A stretch of DNA of 64,000 nucleotides from Escherichia phage A51.2, in the sequence record ON286973, one strand, 5' to 3'. The position numbers and the translations under genes are program-made. Of the stretch, positions 52,761 through 62,785 are shown in pieces; the first letter of the stretch is position 1; the number at the start of each line of letters is the position of its first letter. The notes below the pieces were generated by a model. It was given only the letters and a program-made list of their open reading frames with translations. It had not been told where the DNA came from and made no database searches.

Positions 52761-55538
52761 TTAGTGACAATCACCCCAGTTACGACCGCACAAGTATTCA
52801 CCTGTGATCTGGAATGGAACGCCCATCATTTTAGAAGCTTGCCAGAAGCAATGCACCACCATTTCACCCACAGGGCTCCAGATAAGTTCAAGCTTTCCGT
52901 CATCGTTCAGGATAGGATCGTACACCGTGTTTCCGTCTCTGTCAACCACTTCGTTTCCGTTTTCATCCTTGCGTGCCTTTTTGTACTTATGACCGTCGAA
53001 CACATGAAGTTTGGCTTCCTGCTCTGCCTTAAATGCTTCCAATTCTTCAATTGTGTCGAAGGTGTACACAGTCTTATACTTAGGTGTGTCAGGGACCTGA
53101 AGTTGGTACTCATCATGGTAATAAATAATACGACGGACACCTTCATCGTACCACCCACGCTTCACCATTTGGTGGTGCATGAGTATCCCAACTAAGTCAC
53201 ACAGCGATGCACCACCATTTTGTTGGTATGCATTAAGTAAAGAGTGTTTAGATCGGGTCCAGATAGCATGACCATCAAAAGAGTAGATAAACTTCTTACC
53301 TGTTGCTTCCCAGAATTTCTCCAGATCCTCTTTGCGCCCCTTAAGACCGGGGTTGGCATCCCAAAGTGCATCGATCACCCTTTGCCCCAACTCTGGGGAG
53401 ATATCCAGCATATCTGCGACTTTATCTTTTTGTGCCCCGTACATAACCCCATACGTGATAGGTTTACCGTCGTTACGAGACACCTCTCTGCCTGCTACTT
53501 TTGTATATGCCTCAGCATTGTTTTGGTGTGCGTCTCCGTTACTTACAACATCATAGTACAAGCCGTTGTCGAACTCAAAGGCACCCCAAGCCCCGATAAG
53601 CTGCTCTAAGTTGGACCCGTCAATACCGATCTCAAAATATCCAGGAGGAACACCCCACAAGCTACGCATCTCTTTACCCATAACCACTTTAGGAGATGGT
53701 TTAGGCATGTTTGCACAAATACTGTGTTTCTGTCGGGAAGTGTTTGTTAATCCAGAGCTTTTAGCAGGAAGCTTATGGTCAATCTTCAAACGTGGGTGAT
53801 TAAGAAGACCAGTATCAACCTTATCCTCCTTGATTGGATCAAGGACCGATCTGCGGTTTCGCAATGATAACCACAAGACGATATCTTTAGCCATCTCTCC
53901 GTTCAATTTTTCAAGATTCGGACATAGGTGTCCAAACGTATCTTTCAGTTGCGGAGAAGTAATAAGTGCCCTGGCTTTTCTGCGTATTTTCCCGAACACT
54001 TCCTTTTTAATCCTTTCGGAGTTAGGAAAGCTTCGGAACTTGTGCACTGTTGTCTGAAACTTAGCATCAGTTTTGTTCCAGAAGTTGATAATTAGGTCAC
54101 AATACTCTGACTCTAAAAGCTCGTCCATGTATGCATATACTCGTGCATCAACATCTGCATCAGGTAGAGCTTTCTTCTTGCTGTCCTTAGTTACATCCTT
54201 AGTTCTCCACATTGTCGGAAGCCAACCAGCACTGATCAGGTATCGCTTAATGTCGTCCTGATTGCTGATTTTCATAGGTATCTTGCAGTCAGGCATTCGC
54301 TTCTGCTGCAGATCACTTATTGCCTGATCCATCAGCTCTTTAGGTAAAGGTTGTGGTGTGGAGGTGCCCTTAATATAACCTCTCAAGAAATCAGCCATCT
54401 TGTCGGGGTCTTTGCAGCCCATCTCTTCGCACCATTTTATCCCCATCTTGCTGACATCTCCTGTGGAGGTAAATGCTCGCTTAGGCGGGGCTTTGAATTC
54501 TAAGGCGCTCATGTCTACAGGATAGCCAAGCTTATCTTTTAACCATTTCCAACCATTATTGGAGATTGTCCCATCTTGGTTAAACGGCTTTTCAGGGAAC
54601 TTGGGCCGCTGAGACATTGACAACTCTTTTAAAGGAAGTTGAGGTTCAACACGATCAGCGATCTCTTTCATCCACGCATCGCAACGGTCACGTAAAGCAA
54701 TAGCCCCATCTATGTCGAAATACACACCCTGACGGGCCTGCAGCTCCATCAGGAAGTGCTGCAGCATGCCTCGGCGTAATGCGTTCTTCCAGGTGATTTT
54801 CTTGAACCCTTTCGGCTTCTCTTTGGCTGGATCGTACATAAAGTTCTGCATGTCAGATTTGCCGTAGAATACACCTTTTGATTCCGCTATCAGCTCTTTC
54901 CAGAGCAGCTCCTGGATGATAACGTCCTCGAATACACGATCCACATACTTCCACAACGGAAGATCGCGCCAGTCATCAATTTGAACTTTCTGGTTACCAA
55001 GGGCGTAGCCCCATGCCATAAGGCCGTGAGGACCAACAGGCTGCATTTTCTTAGTAACCGGGTTGAATACAGAGTCCGGACAACCTTTTGGTAAAGGGCG
55101 ATCAGGCCACAAGATTCTGCTCATCGCCAACGTATCAAACAGGTTAACCTGGTGGTCGTTGATAGTCCCCATGCATTTAGGATCACGGAACATATCAAAA
55201 TGAATACCGGATAATCTTTCCATCAGCATAAAGTCATAACTGTAGCAGTTATGGCAGTTCAAAGCTGTTGGTGACCAGTCGGAATTGCCTGTAAGCCAAC
55301 CTTCCAACTCCGAAAAATCTGCTATGCGAACTTCAAAATCTTTATGAAGAGTTTTCTTTGCCAGAATAAAGTTCTTAGCCTTCTCTATATCCTCTTCGGA
55401 GTAGTGTGTGCGGTCATTTAGAGGAAGGAACAGCATAAAACGGTTCTTATTCAGCTCTTTAAACAGGCCGCAGTGATAATAAAGATCTGGATCTTCCAGC
55501 AAACCGGATGACTCAAAGTCGAACGACCACATGCTCAT
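52761..55538 (-). CDS. DNA polymerase, family A, with 3'-5' exonuclease domain
   Basis: 925 aa; exo motif FDFESSG; Pol motif A-like DGSNLEQLIGAW, motif B-like KPITYGVMYGAQ, motif C YYHDEYQ. Confidence 0.85.
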   Translation of the reverse strand: MSMWSFDFESSGLLEDPDLYYHCGLFKELNKNRFMLFLPLNDRTHYSEEDIEKAKNFILAKKTLHKDFEVRIADFSELEGWLTGNSDWSPTALNCHNCYSYDFMLMERLSGIHFDMFRDPKCMGTINDHQVNLFDTLAMSRILWPDRPLPKGCPDSVFNPVTKKMQPVGPHGLMAWGYALGNQKVQIDDWRDLPLWKYVDRVFEDVIIQELLWKELIAESKGVFYGKSDMQNFMYDPAKEKPKGFKKITWKNALRRGMLQHFLMELQARQGVYFDIDGAIALRDRCDAWMKEIADRVEPQLPLKELSMSQRPKFPEKPFNQDGTISNNGWKWLKDKLGYPVDMSALEFKAPPKRAFTSTGDVSKMGIKWCEEMGCKDPDKMADFLRGYIKGTSTPQPLPKELMDQAISDLQQKRMPDCKIPMKISNQDDIKRYLISAGWLPTMWRTKDVTKDSKKKALPDADVDARVYAYMDELLESEYCDLIINFWNKTDAKFQTTVHKFRSFPNSERIKKEVFGKIRRKARALITSPQLKDTFGHLCPNLEKLNGEMAKDIVLWLSLRNRRSVLDPIKEDKVDTGLLNHPRLKIDHKLPAKSSGLTNTSRQKHSICANMPKPSPKVVMGKEMRSLWGVPPGYFEIGIDGSNLEQLIGAWGAFEFDNGLYYDVVSNGDAHQNNAEAYTKVAGREVSRNDGKPITYGVMYGAQKDKVADMLDISPELGQRVIDALWDANPGLKGRKEDLEKFWEATGKKFIYSFDGHAIWTRSKHSLLNAYQQNGGASLCDLVGILMHHQMVKRGWYDEGVRRIIYYHDEYQLQVPDTPKYKTVYTFDTIEELEAFKAEQEAKLHVFDGHKYKKARKDENGNEVVDRDGNTVYDPILNDDGKLELIWSPVGEMVVHCFWQASKMMGVPFQITGEYLCGRNWGDCH

Positions 55539-55596
55539 ATACAGTTCTCCTTAAAGGGGAGGCGGTTGTACTACCCCTCCCACTCTTTGTTAAACA

Positions 55597-57675
55597 TTAA
55601 AAAGGTGTTTCATCATCCTCAAAACCAGGGACCGGATCAGAGGATGGATCATCGTATTGGAGGTCTTCCTGCGTGTCAATAGGCTTGACAGTGGGTGTTA
55701 CAACCTTATCAGCCACAACCTTGCCCATAGGTGTTTCTACAACTGCATGCTCTTGATCCTCAAACATAGCCTGAGGTCTCCAAACAACCTCCCCACCTTC
55801 TCCGTCTGTAAACATCTGCATTTCTTTGTCCCAGTACCAATTACTGGCATCATGGAACTTACCTGTATGCGGATCCATAACTAAAGTGTCAGCAATACCT
55901 AAAGTTTTTGCTGGACGGTTTTTAAGACCTACCAGACGGACACGTCCACGAGAACGATCCACCATTTCTTCGGCCTCGACACCTATGACTACCCAACTCA
56001 ACTGTTCAAGCCCAGCCGATCCTCGCAAATTCTCTTTTCGCACAGGATACCAGAAAGGTAATGGGTTACCATCCTTGTCCTTAGGGGGCACAATCTCTGT
56101 ACGTTTGAGGTGAGCGATCACCAAGATAAACACGTTAAACTGCTTACAAAACGCAGCCAGTTGGGTCATAGCCATGTCCAGTTCTTTTCGCTCATCCTTA
56201 ACATTAAGCCCTGAAATTACCATGGACAGGTGATCCAGCACAATATAACGGCAATGGTACAGGCAAACCATTTGCTTAAGCTTGGTAATCAACTCGTCCA
56301 CCGGAATAGATCCGAAATGTTTGAACACTTTGATTTTTCCAGCTTTTGCCCATGATTGGTGGATCTCTGCGTGTTCTTGATCAGTTAAAAACTGGCTAGG
56401 ATCTTCAACAAACTCTTTAACATCAAACCCTAACTGGTTTGCATACAAGGAGTTAATTGCTTCCTCTGGGTCCTCCTCAAGATGGATCATACATAGACGA
56501 TCATCCTCTTCATAGTCATCAGCCTTCGGGCATGTCGGGTCCATTAGGTATCTTGCAATACAATGTTCCAGTTTTTTAGCTACAGTTGTTTTACCGCCCC
56601 CTGATGGCCCTGTAAGCATTACGAGTGTCCCTTTGTGCAAGCCTTTTAGCATTTTTTGCAGTTTTGGGAACTCTGCGCTGATATCTACCCCGTTGGAAGT
56701 CTTTTTCCGCAAAGACTCGATAGAGAAGTCTTCTAAATCCGACACAGCATCAGGCACATATTTAACAGGGTGCCGGAACATGTTGACAATATCTTCCAGC
56801 TTTTTAGCCTTCAGCATGTCACGGATATCTTTTACCCCGTCAGGGTCATTTACTTCACCAGGGTATTCTACGTGGTAAACGTTATCAGCCATCAAAAATG
56901 CTGCGATATTGTGCGTGGCCTCAACACCTTTAATGACGTGTTTTTGCTTCTCTACCTCGTTAGCTGCATCGTTATCCATTGCCAGCACAACTGTTCCATA
57001 GCTACGGATAAACTTCTCATTGTTTGCAAAAGTATCTACTGCGTTTGCACATCCACAGTTAATTCCAACAAAAGGCAGGCAGGGTTTTCCTGCCAGATCA
57101 CCACCGTTGATAACTGCGTCGATCCCGTCCTGGACCTCTTTAGCCCACTGCTTCACCTTTGCCGGGGCTTTAGCGTTGGTGAGAATCCCTTTTACTTGTA
57201 TCTGATATGCAGCCTGCCATGCTGCAATAACATCACCTTCTCCCTCACAAACGTTAATCTGCTTACGGTTGTTGGAAGATGCACACAGCTTTTGACCAAA
57301 CATCTGGGAGTTGGCCTTTACGATGCCAACAACGGAGAAGTGGCCCCTTTGTTCTTTAGGAATAGTCCAGTCACGCTTTTTGAAACCGGACAGATTTCCG
57401 TAGCGGTCGTAATATGGGAAATATGTTGCAGTGACTGTCACACCGTCTTCTTGTGACAATGCTGATCGCACACCAAAATATTGTGCAGCCATCAGACCGA
57501 TATTTTGTTGTGGGACAGGGACAATTTTAGTATTTTCTAAAACAGTCTCTACAGTTTCAACTTCTTTTTCATCACGATAGTCTCGTTTCACACTTCCCCC
57601 ACTTTTATACTTAGTTGCTTTCGGGTTTGGCTCACCGAAACGGTTGTATGCAGATGCCATAAATTTACTTCCCAT
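55597..57675 (-). CDS. bifunctional primase-helicase (T7 gp4-like: TOPRIM plus DnaB-type helicase)
   Basis: TOPRIM-like EGEGD and DNDAANE; Walker A LTGPSGGGKTT; Walker B IVLDHL. Confidence 0.8.
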   Translation of the reverse strand: MGSKFMASAYNRFGEPNPKATKYKSGGSVKRDYRDEKEVETVETVLENTKIVPVPQQNIGLMAAQYFGVRSALSQEDGVTVTATYFPYYDRYGNLSGFKKRDWTIPKEQRGHFSVVGIVKANSQMFGQKLCASSNNRKQINVCEGEGDVIAAWQAAYQIQVKGILTNAKAPAKVKQWAKEVQDGIDAVINGGDLAGKPCLPFVGINCGCANAVDTFANNEKFIRSYGTVVLAMDNDAANEVEKQKHVIKGVEATHNIAAFLMADNVYHVEYPGEVNDPDGVKDIRDMLKAKKLEDIVNMFRHPVKYVPDAVSDLEDFSIESLRKKTSNGVDISAEFPKLQKMLKGLHKGTLVMLTGPSGGGKTTVAKKLEHCIARYLMDPTCPKADDYEEDDRLCMIHLEEDPEEAINSLYANQLGFDVKEFVEDPSQFLTDQEHAEIHQSWAKAGKIKVFKHFGSIPVDELITKLKQMVCLYHCRYIVLDHLSMVISGLNVKDERKELDMAMTQLAAFCKQFNVFILVIAHLKRTEIVPPKDKDGNPLPFWYPVRKENLRGSAGLEQLSWVVIGVEAEEMVDRSRGRVRLVGLKNRPAKTLGIADTLVMDPHTGKFHDASNWYWDKEMQMFTDGEGGEVVWRPQAMFEDQEHAVVETPMGKVVADKVVTPTVKPIDTQEDLQYDDPSSDPVPGFEDDETPF

Positions 57676-58459
57676 TAATTCTGCTCCTTACTACAGGCTC
57701 GTTTGCTAGGAATACGGCTTTTGCCCAGCCACGTGGTGTGAGGCTTCGAATCATCTTCGTTCTTGCACTCTTTCCACCCAGCTTGGCGTGTTGCATGGAA
57801 TACCCGCTAACCGCGTCAACTATTTGCGGGACAGGTTTTGTGGCTGGGATTATAAATCCATTACCTATCCAGCCGCAAGTTATTTTTGGATAGGCATCAC
57901 GTGGAGCTATAAATTCAGGAAACCATGGGTTTACATCATCTTCCGGTAAATACCCGCCATAATCCGAAGGGTGAAAACGGTAATCAGGTTTGCGCCACAG
58001 TGTGGACATAACACCCACAGGATTCTCTACATGCCACGGGCAATCGTAAATCTCTCCCAGCTCTTCCGCAACCCGAGCATCCTTTACAGCATTAATTTGG
58101 ATCATGGGGTCCTTAGCCAGTTTTTTCTTAAAATGTGCAGCACCTGATACCGCTAAATGCGTGCACGGAGGAAATGCAAGAATAAAATCTGGAGCCGGAT
58201 ACATGCAAAAAGTTTCCTGAGGGAACCACGGGTCAATCCAATAGTCCACATAGTGAATGTTGGGATGATCGGTGATCACCTCTGCATAACTGCCGTGATC
58301 AGCGCCTTCTGCATTAAAGCACAGGCACAGGTACCCAGCTTTTGCCCAGTCAATGACTGCACCACCAGACCCGTCAAATAGACTCCACACAACACCTTTG
58401 TGGTAGTGTTCTTTGTAGATAAATTTCAATTTACTGTCTCCTAATGCAAAAAGCCCCAC
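57665..58459 (-). CDS. minimal C5-cytosine methyltransferase-like protein
   Basis: 264 aa with motif I LFDGSGG, motif IV FPPC, motif VI-like VENP in canonical order; no obvious target-recognition domain. Confidence 0.5.
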   Translation of the reverse strand: MGLFALGDSKLKFIYKEHYHKGVVWSLFDGSGGAVIDWAKAGYLCLCFNAEGADHGSYAEVITDHPNIHYVDYWIDPWFPQETFCMYPAPDFILAFPPCTHLAVSGAAHFKKKLAKDPMIQINAVKDARVAEELGEIYDCPWHVENPVGVMSTLWRKPDYRFHPSDYGGYLPEDDVNPWFPEFIAPRDAYPKITCGWIGNGFIIPATKPVPQIVDAVSGYSMQHAKLGGKSARTKMIRSLTPRGWAKAVFLANEPVVRSRINGK

Positions 58460-58480
58460 CCTTTCGGGCAGGGCCTAGTG

Positions 58481-58963
58481 TTAAACCCGGATACCTATTG
58501 TATACTCGGTGGATACCAATGTCAAATCTAAATTTAAAATTTCTTGCATCTCATAATATGCGTCCAGGGTTAGATACATTTCCCCATCCTTTTCTGCATA
58601 CTTGTCCAAGTGCTTAAGGCATTTCGGATAACTATCGAGTGCAGCTTTCAGACACTCAAATTCTGTGCTGTTAATGAATCCTTCCATCTTAGCTACCCGT
58701 TCTGGAGTAACGATAGCACTGTAGTGAGATTTAGCTTCCTGAATGCAATGGGTCCAAGCATCAACTTTCTCTTCGAAAAGCCCGAAGAACTTCTTTTTGG
58801 TGAGCTTCAGATTCTTTAAGTGCTTAAGCACTCGGTTGCCGATCACAGCCACATCACGAAACTTAAGGATCACTTTGTCGATATCCTCGCGGCCTATTTT
58901 CACAAAGCAAGCCTCGCACATTTCAGGAGTGGCATAGCCTACTTTCCACATAAAATCTGACAT
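58481..58963 (-). CDS. hypothetical protein
   Basis: 160-aa ORF. Confidence 0.45.
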   Translation of the reverse strand: MSDFMWKVGYATPEMCEACFVKIGREDIDKVILKFRDVAVIGNRVLKHLKNLKLTKKKFFGLFEEKVDAWTHCIQEAKSHYSAIVTPERVAKMEGFINSTEFECLKAALDSYPKCLKHLDKYAEKDGEMYLTLDAYYEMQEILNLDLTLVSTEYTIGIRV

Positions 58964-58975
58964 AACACCCTCTCC

Positions 58976-59371
58976 TTATTCCTGAAAAGCAACGATATCA
59001 TATGAACTTGCAGATGATCCTGGTGAAGAATGACTCCAGTCTAGGTCATCAGAGTAGTCAGCGTACTGTGCACCACTACGTAGTTTGTATTTTACCCACT
59101 TACCTGGTGCAGGGTTTTCACCACCTTCCCATACTTCCCAGCCTTCTGGCAGGCCGTCCTGGGGGTAGTCATCCACCTCACTAATAATCTTAGGGTTTGG
59201 CACCAAGATCCCTGCAGGCTCTTCCTTCCTGATAAGTGTCCACACAGCGTAGGTGTCTGAGCAGGCGCATGATAGCAAAGTATATCCACTATTCAGAACT
59301 TCTGCAAGCTCTTTCTCAGCATCTTCCAACTTGGTTAAGTGGTATTGGACAATCTTCACATCTGTAATCAT
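58976..59371 (-). CDS. hypothetical protein
   Basis: 131-aa ORF. Confidence 0.45.
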   Translation of the reverse strand: MITDVKIVQYHLTKLEDAEKELAEVLNSGYTLLSCACSDTYAVWTLIRKEEPAGILVPNPKIISEVDDYPQDGLPEGWEVWEGGENPAPGKWVKYKLRSGAQYADYSDDLDWSHSSPGSSASSYDIVAFQE

Positions 59372-59715
59372 CAGAAACCTCCCACTTCTTCGGCAAATGC
59401 AGCTGCTGTCGTCGCTGCATCAAGATAGGACTCTAGTTCACGGGCTGCACGTTTGTAAATTGAGTGGCGCATATCGTTTGGCAGTTTGTGGAAGTCCACC
59501 TCTTCACCGTTGTGGTAAGCATGCACATCAGTGATCTGTCTAAATCCATAATAGTCAACATCAGAATCACGACACTCTGGGTCTGGCAACTGGACAACTG
59601 CCTGAGCTTCCACAGTGAACATATCGTCAAGTTCAAAATCGATTTCAAAAGTGTATGGTTTATAACGTTTCATCATTTGATTGTACTCTTTATTGATCAG
59701 ACTTATCTTTCGCAA
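59371..59715 (-). CDS. hypothetical protein
   Basis: 114-aa ORF. Confidence 0.45.
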   Translation of the reverse strand: MRKISLINKEYNQMMKRYKPYTFEIDFELDDMFTVEAQAVVQLPDPECRDSDVDYYGFRQITDVHAYHNGEEVDFHKLPNDMRHSIYKRAARELESYLDAATTAAAFAEEVGGF

Positions 59716-61015
59716 CTAAGGCCGGGGCAAGTTTGTAATAACGGAAGCCACCACCACCTTGCCAGTTTACAGACTTAGAAATACCACCTTGATCTTCGCC
59801 ATCGATCACTTTTTCCAAGCGCGGAATAATATGGGTATGACAATGATCACCTAGCTCGATTGAGATCCAGCGTCTTTTCATCTTATGAGCTACAGCAGCA
59901 GTAGTTCCCGAACCACCGAATGAATCCAATACCAAATCGCCTTCTCGCGTGCACATTTCGAAAATCCGCTTCAAAAGCGCTTCTGGTTTTTTCCCATTTT
60001 TGAAACTAACGCCGCCTTCATTTGCTATTCCATTCCAACTAATGTCTGTCCAAACATCAGTTATTAGTTCCGCAGGTTGCATCTCACCGTCAATTTCCAA
60101 AAGCCTATTGGAGTAAAAGACCATTTGCCTACCATTTGCGATATAAAATCCTTCAACATCCTCATTTGGATGTACATAAACCTTATCCCTATCTTTCTTT
60201 GACTTCTCGATAGTTTCTTTTCTCTTTATTTTAGCACCACCACCAATTGCAACAGATTGAAATACACGTTCTGCATTATCAATTGCGAATTGTGCTAATT
60301 CATCATCGAATGTATCAGGCAGTTTTTTCTTGGCTTCTTTTGCATCTTTATAGCCATTGGCCTTTGCAAACGCATCGGCAATACCGCACCACGTCCAATT
60401 TTTATAATGGTCATCCGGGTTTAATAGGTATTTGTTATATCCTGTATCATACCCTTTAGGTATATAGATTTTGTTAAGCGGTTTCTGGGTGCGATCTTTT
60501 GCATATACAAGCAAAAAGTTTGCTGTGGAGAAAACTGTGGCTCCTGTTGCCTTAAATCCCGAAGGGGAATTTGTGGTCATCGATATAGTATTTAACTGAT
60601 TTGCACGACCAAAAATCTCGTCCATCAAAACTTTTAAATACGCCATTTCGCAATCATCTAAGTGAACGAATATTACCCCATCATCACTTAGAAGATTACG
60701 AATTATTTCTAACCTATCCCTCATTAAGCCCAGCCAAATGGAATGCTCCAGGCTATCATCGTAATGCTCAAAAGCCCTCCCGGTATTGAATGGTGGGTCT
60801 ATGTAAACACACTTCACTTTGCCTGCATACTCTTGCTCTAGCGCCTTCAATGCTAATAAGTTATCTCCAAAAATCAGTTTATTATCAAAAATATCGTTTT
60901 CGGTCACTTTCTGGCTGTGGTAAGATTTGCTAGAATCTTCTAACAAAATGTGTGGCTCTAACTTTTTGCGCTCGTTTTTACCTATCCAGGTAAGTTCTAA
61001 TTTGGTTTTGCTCAT
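59690..61015 (-). CDS. beta-class DNA methyltransferase (N6-adenine or N4-cytosine; Type III Mod-like)
   Basis: N-terminal LTWIGKNE, motif IV DPPF, C-terminal motif I DSFGGSGTT. Confidence 0.75.
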   Translation of the reverse strand: MSKTKLELTWIGKNERKKLEPHILLEDSSKSYHSQKVTENDIFDNKLIFGDNLLALKALEQEYAGKVKCVYIDPPFNTGRAFEHYDDSLEHSIWLGLMRDRLEIIRNLLSDDGVIFVHLDDCEMAYLKVLMDEIFGRANQLNTISMTTNSPSGFKATGATVFSTANFLLVYAKDRTQKPLNKIYIPKGYDTGYNKYLLNPDDHYKNWTWCGIADAFAKANGYKDAKEAKKKLPDTFDDELAQFAIDNAERVFQSVAIGGGAKIKRKETIEKSKKDRDKVYVHPNEDVEGFYIANGRQMVFYSNRLLEIDGEMQPAELITDVWTDISWNGIANEGGVSFKNGKKPEALLKRIFEMCTREGDLVLDSFGGSGTTAAVAHKMKRRWISIELGDHCHTHIIPRLEKVIDGEDQGGISKSVNWQGGGGFRYYKLAPALVAKDKSDQ

Positions 61016-61076
61016 CGTTTGGTGCTCTCCTTAGTTTTTTGTGGGGAGGAGGCCTCCCCTTTATACTCACATCTTA

Positions 61077-61418
61077 CTACTCAAGGTCTTCAGAGTCAAG
61101 CTCAAAAAGAATCAAACTGTGCATGCCTGCAGATAGATTAACACACCCTGCAACAATAAGGGTCTGATAGTAAGGTTCAGCACCCTCAATGTCTTCGTTA
61201 AAATCCACAACAAGGTAGTCACCTTTGTTAAAGGTGTATTTGTCCGATGTAAACGCAAAACCTGCCCAGTCCCCTACTGCAGGGTCTTTATCAGTCACCT
61301 TTGTTAACAGTAGATCTTTTTCACGGGATCTTTTAGTAAAATCGTGAATCACAACATCCTTCTCTTCAGGAGTTGGATTGCCACACACGTAGTTAACTAT
61401 ATTTCTCCACAAACTCAT
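61077..61418 (-). CDS. hypothetical protein
   Basis: 113-aa ORF. Confidence 0.45.
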   Translation of the reverse strand: MSLWRNIVNYVCGNPTPEEKDVVIHDFTKRSREKDLLLTKVTDKDPAVGDWAGFAFTSDKYTFNKGDYLVVDFNEDIEGAEPYYQTLIVAGCVNLSAGMHSLILFELDSEDLE

Positions 61419-62785
61419 ACGTCCCCCTCTTCGGCTCTGGTTTCAAAATCTTTCCTGACAATTTTGTCTAAGTCAGGGAATGTTGTATTGTAAAACTCTA
61501 CGACTCGCGGGTCAACAATAATGTCAACTTCTCTTAGTGGACGCAACAAGTTTATTCCTTGTATTGTCTTAACCCGACTCAAAGCAACATACGTCATCCC
61601 AGGAGAGAAAGCTCCGTTCTTTCCAAGGTCCAGGTTGTAACAATCTAGCGTAAGTCCTTGACTTTTATGAGATGTTACGGCATACCCAGATTTCAGAGGA
61701 AGTTGCCTGTATGACCCAATCACTACCCTCTCTATAAACTTCTCCATCTTCCTTTCTGCAATGTTGTATCTCTGAGATGGCTTATACTCGTTATTCTCCC
61801 ACAACCTTTGCTCTATGTCAACCTGTGTTCCATCTTCAAGCTCTACCACCACTGCCTTGTTCTTAAATTTAACAATTGTGGCACGTGTTCCGTTAACATA
61901 ATAAGGTACTTTGTGCGTCGGGTCAACATCGTTGGCGGTTATCATAACTTTCATGCCAATTTTCAACTTCATCTCCTGCTCAACTGGCAGGGTGGAGGGA
62001 AACTTACCCTTCATTTCACCAGTGTATACCTTCTCTGGGGCGTTGATGGCATCATAGAACCTTCTGTTCACTTCCTCTGCTTGTTTGTTGGTGGCGCAAA
62101 TTGTGAGAGCATCTGTTGGTACACCACCTTTGTAACAGCGAGCATTAAGTTCTGCTACAACCTCTTTTATGCGACGACCCTCACGAACACAGTTGAGCAT
62201 TGTGGCAAATCGAATAGACTCCTGTCGGAACTGATCTATTAGGGCTATGTTGTGGAGGTCAAGCTCTTTCCAAGATTCGGTATAGCAACACAGGTCCGTA
62301 TGGTAGAAGTTGAAATAGGCCTCCTTCTCCATAGAAGAGACAACAGGGGGGGCCTGGTAAAAATCGCCAAACAATATGACCTGTATGCCTCCGAAAGGTT
62401 TGTCATTTTTTCGAAGGAAGCGGAGTTTCCTATCCATCTCTATAAACTTATCAGCACGGATCATAGAGATTTCATCGATAATTAGGATGGTAAATGCCTT
62501 GCTTTTCAAAGGCTTTGCTGTTTTTGCCCTTATTGCGGTCCAGTCTGACTCCATGCTCACACCTGCTGCAAGATCGAAGGTTCGGTGTGCTGTTGCTCCA
62601 TTAACGTTTAAAGCGGCTACCCCTGTCGGGGCAACCGTTATGCAAGAGTCTCCATACATTGACTGGATCATGTTGATGAGGTACGTCTTCCCACAACCTG
62701 CGGGTCCTGAAACGAAGACATTCTCACCACTCATGATTGCAACGAGGGCAGCATCTGTGCCTACATCATACTGCCCTTTTTCCAT
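61415..62785 (-). CDS. SF1 DNA helicase, Dda/RecD-like
   Basis: Walker A VSGPAGCGKT, Walker B ILIIDEISM, 456 aa. Confidence 0.8.
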   Translation of the reverse strand: MEKGQYDVGTDAALVAIMSGENVFVSGPAGCGKTYLINMIQSMYGDSCITVAPTGVAALNVNGATAHRTFDLAAGVSMESDWTAIRAKTAKPLKSKAFTILIIDEISMIRADKFIEMDRKLRFLRKNDKPFGGIQVILFGDFYQAPPVVSSMEKEAYFNFYHTDLCCYTESWKELDLHNIALIDQFRQESIRFATMLNCVREGRRIKEVVAELNARCYKGGVPTDALTICATNKQAEEVNRRFYDAINAPEKVYTGEMKGKFPSTLPVEQEMKLKIGMKVMITANDVDPTHKVPYYVNGTRATIVKFKNKAVVVELEDGTQVDIEQRLWENNEYKPSQRYNIAERKMEKFIERVVIGSYRQLPLKSGYAVTSHKSQGLTLDCYNLDLGKNGAFSPGMTYVALSRVKTIQGINLLRPLREVDIIVDPRVVEFYNTTFPDLDKIVRKDFETRAEEGDV

